A stretch of DNA of 64,000 nucleotides from Candidatus Latescibacterota bacterium. GTDB taxonomy: Bacteria > Latescibacterota > UBA2968 > GCA-2709665. A program made the position numbers and the translations under genes. This document shows, piece after piece, positions 52,409 through 61,961 of the stretch (its first letter is position 1; the number at the start of each line of letters is the position of its first letter). The stretch is from NCBI GenBank assembly GCA_965248435.1, contig OZ252100.1, forward strand, positions 1,984,001 through 2,048,000, written 5' to 3'. Under the pieces are notes generated by a model. The model made no database searches. It saw only the letters and a program-made list of their open reading frames with translations, and was not told the DNA's origin.

Positions 52409-53428
52409 TTACACTACCCTAGCCATCCCCTCCTTCACCAACTCTCCATTCAGAAATCTCCCATTCTCGGCGACCTCCGCTGGATCCTCAGTCTCCGTAG
52501 AGTAAAACACATCCGCCAGGTACCGTCCATACTTATCCGGCCGCGTCGTCCGAACCGCAATACCACTCGAGTTTTCAAGCCGGTCCACCACAAACGCCTT
52601 CGCGACCTGACCCGCTCGCGTCCACAACTCGGGCGTGTCGATCCCGCGGAGCCGCAGCTTCTGTCTTGTCCACGTCTGGAATCCCAGGTCCAACTTCGCT
52701 CTGATCGTGTCGCCATCGATCACGTTTATGAGAGTAGCGCGATACATATACAGGTGGCTCCGCGATCCCTCGTGCACCAGCGCAAACGTGTTTCCCCTCC
52801 TGTCCGACCTGACGATTCCGTTCGCTGGAAGCCCTTTGCTTCCCGCCGCTTCCCATTCCCTGTAGACCTCAAACCCCAGATCCACGGAAGCCCTTCCTCG
52901 ATCCACAACCGTCTGGTAGTGATAAAGCCGTCCCCGACGCGTCCTCAACCGGCCTGTTTCGCCCGCAAAAGGGCTCGGATCGTCCCGGTAGGCCGAATAT
53001 GCATCCGCCCGGATCCTGGCCTGCAATTCCCGAACCCCCCACCCCTGGCTCTCCGCCTCCCGGGAATAGTAGTGGAAAGCCATAAGGTTTCCTACTCCAA
53101 GAAGCCGCCGATAGTGAGACCAGCTTAATTGTGCCCCCGGGGGCACAATTGGAAACGTCCGGTAGAGATCGATCACCTCGTAGATCACCCTCTTTCGCAG
53201 CCCGATCCTCCCCTCGAGCTCCCCGACCACATAGGCCCCGTACTCCTCCCTGCCGTCTGCATCCAGATGCGCCGCAATCTCACGCCCAAGAGCCCAGTAC
53301 GTGCGCACCCTCTCGTATTCGACCGCCGAGCGAGCCCGATTCTTGCCCTCCTCGAGAATCTCGAGCGCCCGCTCCGCCAGAGCGTCCAATTCGCGAACCG
53401 CTACCAGTGTTGTCATTTCATGGCCCAA
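52409..53428 (-). CDS. DUF1016 (YhcG) N-terminal domain fused to a thermonuclease (SNase-like) domain
   Basis: YWALGREI..YG, LSWSHYRRLL, WGVREL; VIDGDTI, RLRGIDTPE, DKYGRYLADV, LNGELVKEGMA. Confidence 0.85.
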   Translation of the reverse strand: MGHEMTTLVAVRELDALAERALEILEEGKNRARSAVEYERVRTYWALGREIAAHLDADGREEYGAYVVGELEGRIGLRKRVIYEVIDLYRTFPIVPPGAQLSWSHYRRLLGVGNLMAFHYYSREAESQGWGVRELQARIRADAYSAYRDDPSPFAGETGRLRTRRGRLYHYQTVVDRGRASVDLGFEVYREWEAAGSKGLPANGIVRSDRRGNTFALVHEGSRSHLYMYRATLINVIDGDTIRAKLDLGFQTWTRQKLRLRGIDTPELWTRAGQVAKAFVVDRLENSSGIAVRTTRPDKYGRYLADVFYSTETEDPAEVAENGRFLNGELVKEGMARVV

Positions 53429-53436
53429 AACATACG

Positions 53437-53645
53437 GTAGAAGCCAACTCCCGTTGGCGACAATGAGAATCTCGACTTAATCCTCGCCACTTCCAGAGCC
53501 AACTCCAGTTGGCGACCGAGAGGATCGCGCCTTAATCTTCGCCATCCCCTTGGCCAACTCCCGTTGGCGACAATGAGAATCTCGACTCAATCCTCGCCAC
53601 TTCCAGAGCCAACTCTGTTGGCGACCACAAAGATCGCGACCTACT
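53437..53645. repeat. 55-bp-period REP/BIME-like tandem array (4 units)
   Basis: gccaac-N3/4-gttggcga at 53443, 53498, 53553 and 53608; bounded by GTAG and CTAC. Confidence 0.85.
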
Positions 53646-53764
53646 GTACGCCAAAAAAAGGCCCGACACAATAATGTCGGGCACCTCTCCGAAGCTTCCT
53701 TGCAACATCAATATGTGACTCAGCAGAACGCATCTGCGTTCGATCCCACCTGAAGACTTCGTGC

Positions 53765-54070
53765 CTACCCAGGCGATGCCAGGGGTTGCTTCAGGGCCTC
53801 TTTCAACAACTTTCCAGGCCTGAAATGCACCTTCCTCCGAGCAGGAACGTTGACCACATCACCCGTCCTGGGGTTGCGTGCATTGGGTCTTGCATTCGTC
53901 ACCCTAACCGTGAAGGCACCCAGCCCACGAAGCTCGATCCGGTCCCCACGAACAACCGATTCTGACAGAGCCTCCACGCAGCAGTCCACAAGTCTCTTTG
54001 CCAGAAACTTGGTCAATCCCAAATCGCTGGCAACAATTTGTGCCAGATCTGCTTTTGTCGTCGTAGCCAA
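53765..54070 (-). CDS. HU/IHF-family DNA-binding protein
   Basis: TKADLA...GDRIELRGLGAF...ARNPRTG..VPARRKVHFRPGK. Confidence 0.92.
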   Translation of the reverse strand: MATTTKADLAQIVASDLGLTKFLAKRLVDCCVEALSESVVRGDRIELRGLGAFTVRVTNARPNARNPRTGDVVNVPARRKVHFRPGKLLKEALKQPLASPG

Positions 54071-54192
54071 GGCGCCCTCGCAAGAAGATTTCACAATATA
54101 GTCGCTAGGAAGGAACTTTCAAAGCAAACCAGAAAGGTGCAAGGACGGGTCATTCTAACCTCCCCGGTTTTCATTGCGCACCGTCTCTCAAA

Positions 54193-54702
54193 TCAGTCGG
54201 AAAACGATAGGCATAGGAGCCAGGTCAAGATGAATAGAATGCACAAAGCGCCTGCTTCTAACGAAACCATACTCGACGAAGTTGAAAACGTGAGAACCCA
54301 ATCATCGAGAGATAGAAGTAACTTTTTAGGTACGATCTCGGTGAATATCTCCGTCACACTCCTAAAGAATGATACCCACTTGGCTTGCGCGGACCACTCA
54401 CTGACACCAAACAACAGGGCCCCGAAAGATGCTGCGTATGCTAATATTTGTAATAGCAAAGCATCGTCTCTTGTCGGCACTTTTTCCCTTCTTAGCCGTG
54501 CTAGCGTCCTTTGCGTGAAGTCAACTGAGGGCATCTTTAGGGGTCCGGTGTATAAAGCCTCGTCAAGCCTGCGCATTCCTTCCAGTTCCTGAGCACAATC
54601 AGAGCAACTGTCCAGGTGGTTTTCGAAGATCTCTTCATCTGGCTCGCTCAGTGAGCCATTCAAGTAATCTTCTACTAGGGGGCGACAATCACTGCAATTC
54701 AT
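54193..54702 (-). CDS. Zinc-finger (zf-HC2) membrane anti-sigma factor
   Basis: MNC..; HLDSCSDC; TM segments; directly after the ECF sigma gene. Confidence 0.85.
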   Translation of the reverse strand: MNCSDCRPLVEDYLNGSLSEPDEEIFENHLDSCSDCAQELEGMRRLDEALYTGPLKMPSVDFTQRTLARLRREKVPTRDDALLLQILAYAASFGALLFGVSEWSAQAKWVSFFRSVTEIFTEIVPKKLLLSLDDWVLTFSTSSSMVSLEAGALCILFILTWLLCLSFSD

Positions 54703-55265
54703 TATCCAATATCCCCTTCATCCAGAATACATTCTTTCAGATACTGTTTCGCTCTATAGAGATAAGTCTTGACCGTCCCTACTGGCAACTCCATAACTTC
54801 GGCGATTTCCAAATAACTTTTGTCGAGTAGGTAATAGAGAGTTAGGGCCATTCGATAGTGCGGCGGCAGCTTGCCTAGCCAATGCTCAAGATCCTCTCTA
54901 GAATCCACTCTATCAAAATCTTTGTCTAGGGTATACACAGAAGCGCGCCCCCCCTCGGCGACTTCCGTATTGTCATCAAGCGATACAAAGGCCTGACTGC
55001 GGTAGGGCCGCTGCAACTCCTCTAGACAGACTCGATACGCAATTTGATAGATCCAGGTCGATAGTTTCGCGTTTCCCCTGAATGCCCGGAGACCGCGGTA
55101 TACCCTGATGAATACCTCCTGAGCCAAATCCTCTGTTATTTCACTGTCGTGAACCATGCGGTCCGCTATATTGAACACCATTACTTTGTACCGGTCGATG
55201 AGTTCGGCAAAGGCATCTTCATCGCCGAGGACGCATCGTCTGATCAGATCCTGCTCATCGGACAC
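54702..55265 (-). CDS. ECF sigma factor
   Basis: EDLAQEVFIRVY, STWIYQIA, SYLEIAEVMELPVGTVKTYLYRAK. Confidence 0.93.
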   Translation of the reverse strand: MSDEQDLIRRCVLGDEDAFAELIDRYKVMVFNIADRMVHDSEITEDLAQEVFIRVYRGLRAFRGNAKLSTWIYQIAYRVCLEELQRPYRSQAFVSLDDNTEVAEGGRASVYTLDKDFDRVDSREDLEHWLGKLPPHYRMALTLYYLLDKSYLEIAEVMELPVGTVKTYLYRAKQYLKECILDEGDIG

Positions 55266-55448
55266 AGCATAGTCCCGGCCAGGAGGTTTGACTTTCCATT
55301 ACAATATATGTGCCCCTCAATTGAAAGAAAGTTTCAACAAAATCAAGAAAAGTGAAACAAATTGCTGATCTAGGCCCTCTTATGGAACAGATAGACTGTC
55401 TCACAGGCTTCTCATTACTGCAGTGGGCCCTTAAGCAGGAGAGCAACG

Positions 55449-55826
55449 ATGGAAGATGAGATTGCAGTTCTAATTCCCCTTCTGATCCCAATTGCTATTA
55501 TTGTTGGGATCTTCTTGTATCTAATTCTGAAACATCGTTATCGGAAAGAGATATTCATCGCTGCCATTGAGAAAGGCGCATCCGTACCGGATATGACTGA
55601 AACACCGCGGGATCTACGGAAACCAGCACTGGTGCTTATTGCCCTCGGGCTAGGGTTCACTATTGCGACCTACGTAACTTTGAGCTATGTGAGCGATTCA
55701 GATGTGCCCGCACCCCTGCAGGTCAGCATCTGGGGAATTGTGCCAATTCTGATCGGACTGGCACTCTTGAAGTACAAACAGCTTGCAGATAAGGATCACA
55801 GATCGGAGAATGCGTTGACATCTTGA
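55449..55826 (+). CDS. Small membrane protein (DUF6249-like), divergent from the ECF sigma
   Basis: TM, then AAIEKG, then two TMs. Confidence 0.7.
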   Translation: MEDEIAVLIPLLIPIAIIVGIFLYLILKHRYRKEIFIAAIEKGASVPDMTETPRDLRKPALVLIALGLGFTIATYVTLSYVSDSDVPAPLQVSIWGIVPILIGLALLKYKQLADKDHRSENALTS

Positions 55827-55916
55827 CCAGATCAGGTTCTCAGAAAGTGTGTTCCTCGTATCCACGAAGCAGAAAGCAGAACGGGCGTTAGCTGACCATA
55901 CAAGGAGAAAATTAGG

Positions 55917-56873
55917 ATGATAAAGCCCCATTGGATCATTCTCCCGGTGTGTCTTGGAATCGCATGCGCGTCCATTAGACCAACTGTGATTGAAGAACGG
56001 GTGGTAACCATTCCGCACGTTCCGAACTCGTTCCTTAGAGTGGAAGCGAAAAACGGCCATATATCCGTAATAAAGAAAGAAGGAAGCGATGTTCGTATCA
56101 CAGCAATCTTCAAAGCGATCACGGACGAGCGCCTAGAATCTGCCAGAATGCACGCACAACGCGTCGAGGGAGATACTCTAGTAGTAAACACAGATTGGCC
56201 GGACAGAAAGGGTAACGAAGGTGTCAATTTCGAAATAGAGATCTCAGATGTTGCCGGTCTCGAAGCTCACACTCAAAACGATAGGATATCGATCAGCAAT
56301 CTATCTGGGGGAGCGATACTGAGGACTTCCAACGGTCGCATTGAAATCTACAATCAAGATGGACCTGTGATCGCCGAAACCTCCAACGGTTGGATCAGAG
56401 CTGACAGCCTATCTGGGCAAGCGATACTGAGGACTTCCAACGGTCGCATTGAAATCTACAATCAAGATGGACCTGTGATCGCCAGAACCTCCAACGGTTG
56501 GATCAGAGCTGACAGGGTTACGGGTTCTATTGTCGCCAGAACCTCGAATGATCGCATAGAAATTTCCAATGCTCACCAGTCCGTAAATGCGAGAACTTCC
56601 AATGGTCAAATAGACATTTCGTTGAATGACACGGCTCCCGGCCCGGTGTTGGCACGAACATCGAATAGCGACATCACTCTTGAGGTTGGGGTGGGATTCG
56701 TGGGAAAATTGAGTTTGCTTGCGGGAGAACGCGCAATAATCGACGAACCTCTTCAGGAAAAGAAAATCGACAAAACTTCTGGGGCAGACTTGCTGGATTT
56801 TGGTGATGGCGACGATTCAAACCTTGAGACAAACGGTAACATATACCTCAAGTCGCTCAACTTCGAAGATTAG
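55917..56873 (+). CDS. DUF4097-like beta-strand repeat protein (probable lipoprotein)
   Basis: LGIAC lipobox-like motif; repeated TSNGxI. Confidence 0.85.
   Translation: MIKPHWIILPVCLGIACASIRPTVIEERVVTIPHVPNSFLRVEAKNGHISVIKKEGSDVRITAIFKAITDERLESARMHAQRVEGDTLVVNTDWPDRKGNEGVNFEIEISDVAGLEAHTQNDRISISNLSGGAILRTSNGRIEIYNQDGPVIAETSNGWIRADSLSGQAILRTSNGRIEIYNQDGPVIARTSNGWIRADRVTGSIVARTSNDRIEISNAHQSVNARTSNGQIDISLNDTAPGPVLARTSNSDITLEVGVGFVGKLSLLAGERAIIDEPLQEKKIDKTSGADLLDFGDGDDSNLETNGNIYLKSLNFED
56301..56515 (+). repeat. Intragenic 108-bp tandem duplication
   Basis: ctatctggg..agcgatactgaggacttccaacgg...gagctgacag at 56301 and 56409. Confidence 0.9.
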
Positions 56874-56957
56874 GCCAACCGACCTGTAGGCATCTAGCTC
56901 GCCTTATCAGCAGGTTTACGTGCAATAAAGAGACCAGATCAAGATCTGAATGACTGC

Positions 56958-56986
56958 TTGACTATCTTTATGGACCTGCTTATCAT
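56958..56986 (+). promoter_or_regulatory. Sigma70-type promoter
   Basis: TTGACT-17 nt-TATCAT. Confidence 0.65.
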
Positions 56987-57050
56987 ATTTTGGACATAGA
57001 TTCCTGTACTGTTAGTCAAATTTTCTTGTACACGAAAGGGGGGATGCGAA

Positions 57051-57098
57051 GTGAAGTACACATATCTGACAGTCGCGTCCCCGGGTGGTTCTATGTAG
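57051..57098 (+). CDS. Putative leader peptide MKYTYLTVASPGGSM
   Basis: Purine-rich RBS GAAAGGGGGG, then GTG, 15 codons and TAG, upstream of a terminator. Confidence 0.55.
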   Translation: MKYTYLTVASPGGSM

Positions 57099-57156
57099 AC
57101 TCTAATTCACAGGCCCGAACTATGTAAGCTCTAGTGTTCAGGCCAAATGTAGAGTT

Positions 57157-57190
57157 GGAGGTTGTCCTTCGGGGACGGCCTCCTTTTTTT
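57157..57190 (+). terminator. Premature terminator (attenuator) in the RIO kinase 5' leader
   Basis: ggaggttgtcc-ttcg-gggacggcctcc-ttttttt ending about 26 nt before the ATG. Confidence 0.8.
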
Positions 57191-57216
57191 GTGCTCGAAA
57201 TCAAAAGGGAATCTCA

Positions 57217-57987
57217 ATGAATTTCAATTTTGACGCTTCAGACTTTCAACGAGCCTGGCTGCAGCGTGCTTTGGGAGAGTTTCATGAGGATGGATGGTTC
57301 ACCGAGATCCTTTATCTGGCAAAGGGCGGCAAAGAGGCCAATGTATACTGCTGCAAGGCTAATCCAGAGACAGGTTACGACTTGATCGCGGCAAAGGTCT
57401 ACCGGCATCGGAGACTTCGATCAATGAAGAATTATGCCATCTACAGGGAGGGCAGGCATATCACAAGCGACAAGCGAGAATTGCGGGCTCTGAAGAAGAA
57501 AACGAGGCTGGGCAAAAGTCTTGAAGACGGTGCCTGGATCAAACACGAGTTCGAGACGATTGCCCGGCTTTACGATATGGGGGCGAATGTGCCCGAACCC
57601 CTGGCAAAGGGTGGCACAGCATCGTTGATGGAATATATCGGGGATGAACACGGAGCAGCGCCCCTTTTGCACGAGACTACCCTCGAATCTGGCAAAGCCC
57701 AGGGTTTTTTCGACCTCCTGATTCACAACGTCGAGATCTTTCTGGCTTGCGACTTGATACACGGAGACCTCTCAGCCTTCAATGTTCTGTGTTGGCAAGA
57801 CGATTTCAAGGTCATCGACTTCCCCCAGGCGGTCGACCCGGTTCTGAATCCCAGCGCCTTTCCAATGCTGGTGCGGGATGTCGAAAGACTGTGCCAGTAC
57901 TTCTCACGATATGGCGTCGAGGCCAACTACGTTGACCTTGCAGCAGACTTGTGGGAACGGTTTAGGAGGAGGGAACTAACAGTGTGA
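57217..57987 (+). CDS. RIO1-family atypical Ser/Thr kinase
   Basis: GGKEANVY, AKVYR, MEYIG, HGDLSAFNVL, IDFPQAVD. Confidence 0.92.
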   Translation: MNFNFDASDFQRAWLQRALGEFHEDGWFTEILYLAKGGKEANVYCCKANPETGYDLIAAKVYRHRRLRSMKNYAIYREGRHITSDKRELRALKKKTRLGKSLEDGAWIKHEFETIARLYDMGANVPEPLAKGGTASLMEYIGDEHGAAPLLHETTLESGKAQGFFDLLIHNVEIFLACDLIHGDLSAFNVLCWQDDFKVIDFPQAVDPVLNPSAFPMLVRDVERLCQYFSRYGVEANYVDLAADLWERFRRRELTV

Positions 57988-58159
57988 GGCAAACAACGCA
58001 CCTTCCAGACAAAAGGAGAACAGCCTATGAATGTGAGTCAAAGTGGTGAGATGAGTGGGTTGAAGTCGCACCCAGCAAATGTCCCAATTAGCGGAAGTCG
58101 CCTTTGCCCCTCGGGAATAGGCAAACCCAATGAAAATCTAAAGAGCCGAGAAGGAGGAA

Positions 58160-59116
58160 TTGCCAATGGCCTTGCTCGTTGAACAGGATCACACTACGCA
58201 TATGGAGCAGCTTAGAGAAGTTGCGAATCGGATCCTTCCCCTGCTCTGCTATGCGGACAAAGAGATCGCAAGATTTGTCGACACCAACCAGGAAAGGACC
58301 CGTGGGTGTTTCTATCGACTCGAACTCCCGGACGGACTGGCATCGCTGGTGCGGACGACCGAAAGCGGGTCAGCTGTCACATACATAATCCCGTCGGACT
58401 GGAAGGCGCGGTACCAGCTTATCCAGGCCGCGGTGGAGACCATCAAAACAGAATCCCAGCGACAAGGTGTATCCCAACTCTTCACAGGCATTGTGGAAAA
58501 TGTGCCATCGCACAACGGCTACTATGCAGGAATGCTGCCGCTTTTGGGTTTTGAGATGGCGGCTTATGTAAGGCTCGTCGCTCCTTTCGGTGTTCTCGAC
58601 GCGCTCGATCTACCCCAACTTCCTGACGGCATCGAAGAAGCCCGGTTTTCGGAAGAAAGGCTGTCCCAGGTCGCCGACGTATGGTACGAGGCAGAAATTG
58701 AACACTATCCCGACTGGTCGGAGCGGGAAAAGGAGCAAAAAAGAGCCAACTGCCTTCGGGATGTCGAGCAATACTCAAAACACGAGGATAAAATCAAAAC
58801 CTCGACGACCTTGCTGCACGAGGGTCGAGTCATAGGATTCAGCGTGGGATCGGAGTGTCGCAGTTCGGAGACACTGGATGTCCTGGAGTTGCACGTCGCA
58901 CCAGCATTTCAAGGACGAAGACTAGGACGCTACCTGTGTATCAGGTGCATGCAAAAACTACATCAATGCTTCGCCGAACCGGACTGGCGTTTCATGCTTG
59001 GCACTTTCCGCGAACGGCTTCCCGCAATGAGGCTTTATTCAAGCCTCGGGTTTCGCCTGGACGACAAAGACCCATCGGTGATCATTTATGCTACCTGCAA
59101 GCTCACGACAAATTAA
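58160..59116 (+). CDS. GNAT-family acetyltransferase
   Basis: LHVAPAFQGRRLG, PAMRLYSSLGF. Confidence 0.8.
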   Translation: MPMALLVEQDHTTHMEQLREVANRILPLLCYADKEIARFVDTNQERTRGCFYRLELPDGLASLVRTTESGSAVTYIIPSDWKARYQLIQAAVETIKTESQRQGVSQLFTGIVENVPSHNGYYAGMLPLLGFEMAAYVRLVAPFGVLDALDLPQLPDGIEEARFSEERLSQVADVWYEAEIEHYPDWSEREKEQKRANCLRDVEQYSKHEDKIKTSTTLLHEGRVIGFSVGSECRSSETLDVLELHVAPAFQGRRLGRYLCIRCMQKLHQCFAEPDWRFMLGTFRERLPAMRLYSSLGFRLDDKDPSVIIYATCKLTTN

Positions 59117-59120
59117 TGAA

Positions 59121-60038
59121 TCAGGGAAGTAAATCACTTTCACTATTTGACCTAAACCAGGTTATAAAGCTTGCAAGTTCTTCTGCCCATTTCTTAGTCA
59201 TGTTCCTTATGAATAAGGGCCCATTGCTAGGATGATTCATCCAATACTCCAAGAGTATCACTCGGTAATGTAGAAAGTTATCGATACGACAAGCGTCGTA
59301 CTGCACTAAATCCTGCCCGCAATTCATCTCCTTGATGAAGTTTTCTTTAAATCTAACAAATGGAGTTAAATCTTCAGAATTTCGGAAGTCGAATAACACC
59401 ATGTAGAGAGTGTTAGCTATATCATAGTCATACCAATGGTACGAGATGTCGTCGAAATCAAATATCCTGATTTGCCTCCCGCTGATAAGCACATTCGAAG
59501 TGTTGTAGTCACCGTGGATAATACCAAAGGACTCTTGGTGCCTTGGCAGCTCATCAATCCAAGTGAGAATCTTTGAATGCTCATCTCTTCTTGAAGCTGG
59601 TTCTATCTTGTAGAATGATGAATCCACAGCACTTCTTCGTGGCAAAGTTTCAGCCAATTTTCGACTTAGGACATGGATTTCCCTTAAGCCTCTTGCGAAT
59701 AACTTAACTTCATCCTGATTGTTAGTAGAGGGTTGATGTCCCAATGCCCTTTCAAAGCAACAGACAGTTAAGCACTCATCTGCCTTTATTTCTACAAAGT
59801 AGCCACCTTGCAAAGTTGGAATTGGACAGCAAACGATTGTAGTAAAGTTCAACAAATACCGCAGGAATTGTATTTCGGCATCAATCTCCTCTGCCGATCG
59901 ATGTTTTTCAGGGGTTATCCGAAATATGACTTGCCTGCCAGCTACATCTGCCGAGTAGACTGAATTTTGACTTTTTCGAAGGAACTGGAAGTGAGCAATC
60001 TCTCCATAAAGTTGAATCAGGCGATTCAATAATTCCAT
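59121..60038 (-). CDS. APH/choline-kinase-like phosphotransferase
   Basis: IHGDYNTSN, IFDFDD, DIA; AT-rich gene. Confidence 0.85.
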   Translation of the reverse strand: MELLNRLIQLYGEIAHFQFLRKSQNSVYSADVAGRQVIFRITPEKHRSAEEIDAEIQFLRYLLNFTTIVCCPIPTLQGGYFVEIKADECLTVCCFERALGHQPSTNNQDEVKLFARGLREIHVLSRKLAETLPRRSAVDSSFYKIEPASRRDEHSKILTWIDELPRHQESFGIIHGDYNTSNVLISGRQIRIFDFDDISYHWYDYDIANTLYMVLFDFRNSEDLTPFVRFKENFIKEMNCGQDLVQYDACRIDNFLHYRVILLEYWMNHPSNGPLFIRNMTKKWAEELASFITWFRSNSESDLLP

Positions 60039-60098
60039 CTAAAGACTCTTTCGCGTGATCGCATGTCGAGCACAAGGTGCCCTTATTTATAACGGTTA

Positions 60099-60189
60099 AT
60101 AGGACCAGGGACACCGCCATCCTCATAGGATTACGCCCCCGGCCGTTCAACCCGGCAAATTCGACCCCTAGATCGCTGCCATGTCGCGA
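60099..60189. repeat. Intergenic direct repeat, copy 1
   Basis: ataggaccagggacaccgccatcctcataggattacgcccccggcc...tgccatgtcgcga. Confidence 0.8.
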
Positions 60190-60205
60190 TTACCAACAAA
60201 CAGAG

Positions 60206-61900
60206 TCAACGCTTGATTGTGCCACTCTGCAAGGACGCAAGTTCCTTGTCTATGAACCCAACAAGGTCTTCCAGCAATTGCGGCGTTATCCAAAGTGAAA
60301 TACCTGCCAATCTAAACAGCTCGGTCACTGGGACAGTGTTGCCTAATGCCATTGCTTGGCATAATTGATTCATCGTGAGTTCCGGATTTTGTGTGAACCG
60401 CTGCGATAGCTGCAAGGCCCCAACTTGCCCAAATAGATACTCTATCCAGTAGAATGGCGCGAAAAATAGGTGCGGAATCTCATATACCCATGTGTAAGGC
60501 TGGTACTTCTCAAGTCCTGACCAGTCAAAGTCGTGCCCGATCCTGCGGTCGAAGTCCAGCCAAGCTTGTTTGCGCTGCTCACTTGTGTGACCTGGGTTTA
60601 CGTGAAGCCAGTGCAGGAAGGCCTCGCCGCGGGCGGTGTAGACTAGATTATCCACGATGCCTTCGAGTTGAGCAATTCGCGCGCGTCTGGCGTCTACCTG
60701 ATCGTAAAACGTTCCTTTCCAGAAACGGCCTGAGATCAGTTGAATACCGTTGGCTACGGCTTCTGCGAACTCCAAGGGCACTTGCCGGTTCCACGTGAGA
60801 GGTTCATCACGACAAGCGTGAATATGGCAGACATGACCGAACTCATGTGCGATGCTCTCTATATCCCGATGGACGGATTTCGGGTTGTAGAAAATAAACC
60901 CCGAGCGGCGTTCTCTTAGAAACTGGCAATATCCAACAAAGTTTGCCTTGTCTGGTCGACGCTCCAGATCCATCTGACCCCGATCGACTATGAAATCCAG
61001 ATCTCGCATTAGATCAGGACAGATCGATCCGACCACCTTGCGCATACATTCAAGGAGTTCCTCAGGCGTTTCATATGGTCGAAGTGGATCACCTTTCTCG
61101 GCATCCACCCGAAGATCGCAAGGTCGTAGCGATTTCAACCCCATCGTCTTGGCGCGGCGAACGTCGATCTCTAACAAGTACGGTACTATCTGGTCTTCGA
61201 CAGCACCAACGAACTTTAGACAATCCTCCGGTGTGTAGTCAAACCGATTCAGTTGACGCCACCGAAACTCAAGGAAGTTTTCAAAACCGGCATTTCTGGC
61301 TATCTGGAGACGCAGCTCAAGCATCGAATCAAGCACAGAGTCCAGCGAATCGTAGTCATCTGACTGACGCTTCACCATTTTGGCGAATGTGGCTTCCCGT
61401 TGTTCTCTATTTGGGTTCTGATAGTCGCAAGTTGCCTCCTGTGCGTTTCTCACTTTGTAAAATTCAGCAACGAGTTTGTCACACTTTGCTTCGAGGTCAA
61501 CATTCTTTGGATTGAAAATCGAAACTTGACTCCTAAATCGTTTCAGGAACTGGGCGCAGTCTTGTGGAAGCTCTCCCACCTGCGGATGGTTGACCACCTT
61601 CTTCTGGAAGGCTGCAAAGAAGGGCTTGATCTTCGGTTCAATTTGCTCCTTCCACTGGAGGTAGTCGCGACGTATCTCTTCGTCTCGGGTGTTCTGATCC
61701 TTTGCGATTTCTCGCAGAACCCGATACTCATCCAAAGCGTCTTCGACCTCGCTCCAGTCCTGCATCCACTCATTCAAAGACTTGAGATCAGGGACTTCCC
61801 TGGAGAGTAATTCCGATAGGACCGGCTCGATTTCAGACCAGGTTGTCGGCCCGAAAGAAGCCTTCAGATATGTGCGAGGGTACTCCTGCCAAGTGGTCAT
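60206..61900 (-). CDS. M3-family oligoendopeptidase
   Basis: IARNAGFENF, RFDYTPED, HEFGH, EFAE, PFYWIEY. Confidence 0.9.
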   Translation of the reverse strand: MTTWQEYPRTYLKASFGPTTWSEIEPVLSELLSREVPDLKSLNEWMQDWSEVEDALDEYRVLREIAKDQNTRDEEIRRDYLQWKEQIEPKIKPFFAAFQKKVVNHPQVGELPQDCAQFLKRFRSQVSIFNPKNVDLEAKCDKLVAEFYKVRNAQEATCDYQNPNREQREATFAKMVKRQSDDYDSLDSVLDSMLELRLQIARNAGFENFLEFRWRQLNRFDYTPEDCLKFVGAVEDQIVPYLLEIDVRRAKTMGLKSLRPCDLRVDAEKGDPLRPYETPEELLECMRKVVGSICPDLMRDLDFIVDRGQMDLERRPDKANFVGYCQFLRERRSGFIFYNPKSVHRDIESIAHEFGHVCHIHACRDEPLTWNRQVPLEFAEAVANGIQLISGRFWKGTFYDQVDARRARIAQLEGIVDNLVYTARGEAFLHWLHVNPGHTSEQRKQAWLDFDRRIGHDFDWSGLEKYQPYTWVYEIPHLFFAPFYWIEYLFGQVGALQLSQRFTQNPELTMNQLCQAMALGNTVPVTELFRLAGISLWITPQLLEDLVGFIDKELASLQSGTIKR

Positions 61901-61961
61901 TTATGTGCCCGTGTACCTACTTTGCCAGACTCTGGATCGGTTATGTAGCGGCTGAGGGCTT

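Noticed and set aside
53443-53640. Mini CRISPR array
   Set aside because: The linkers are homologous to one another rather than unique spacers, there are no cas genes, and the GTAG/CTAC ends suit a REP/BIME element
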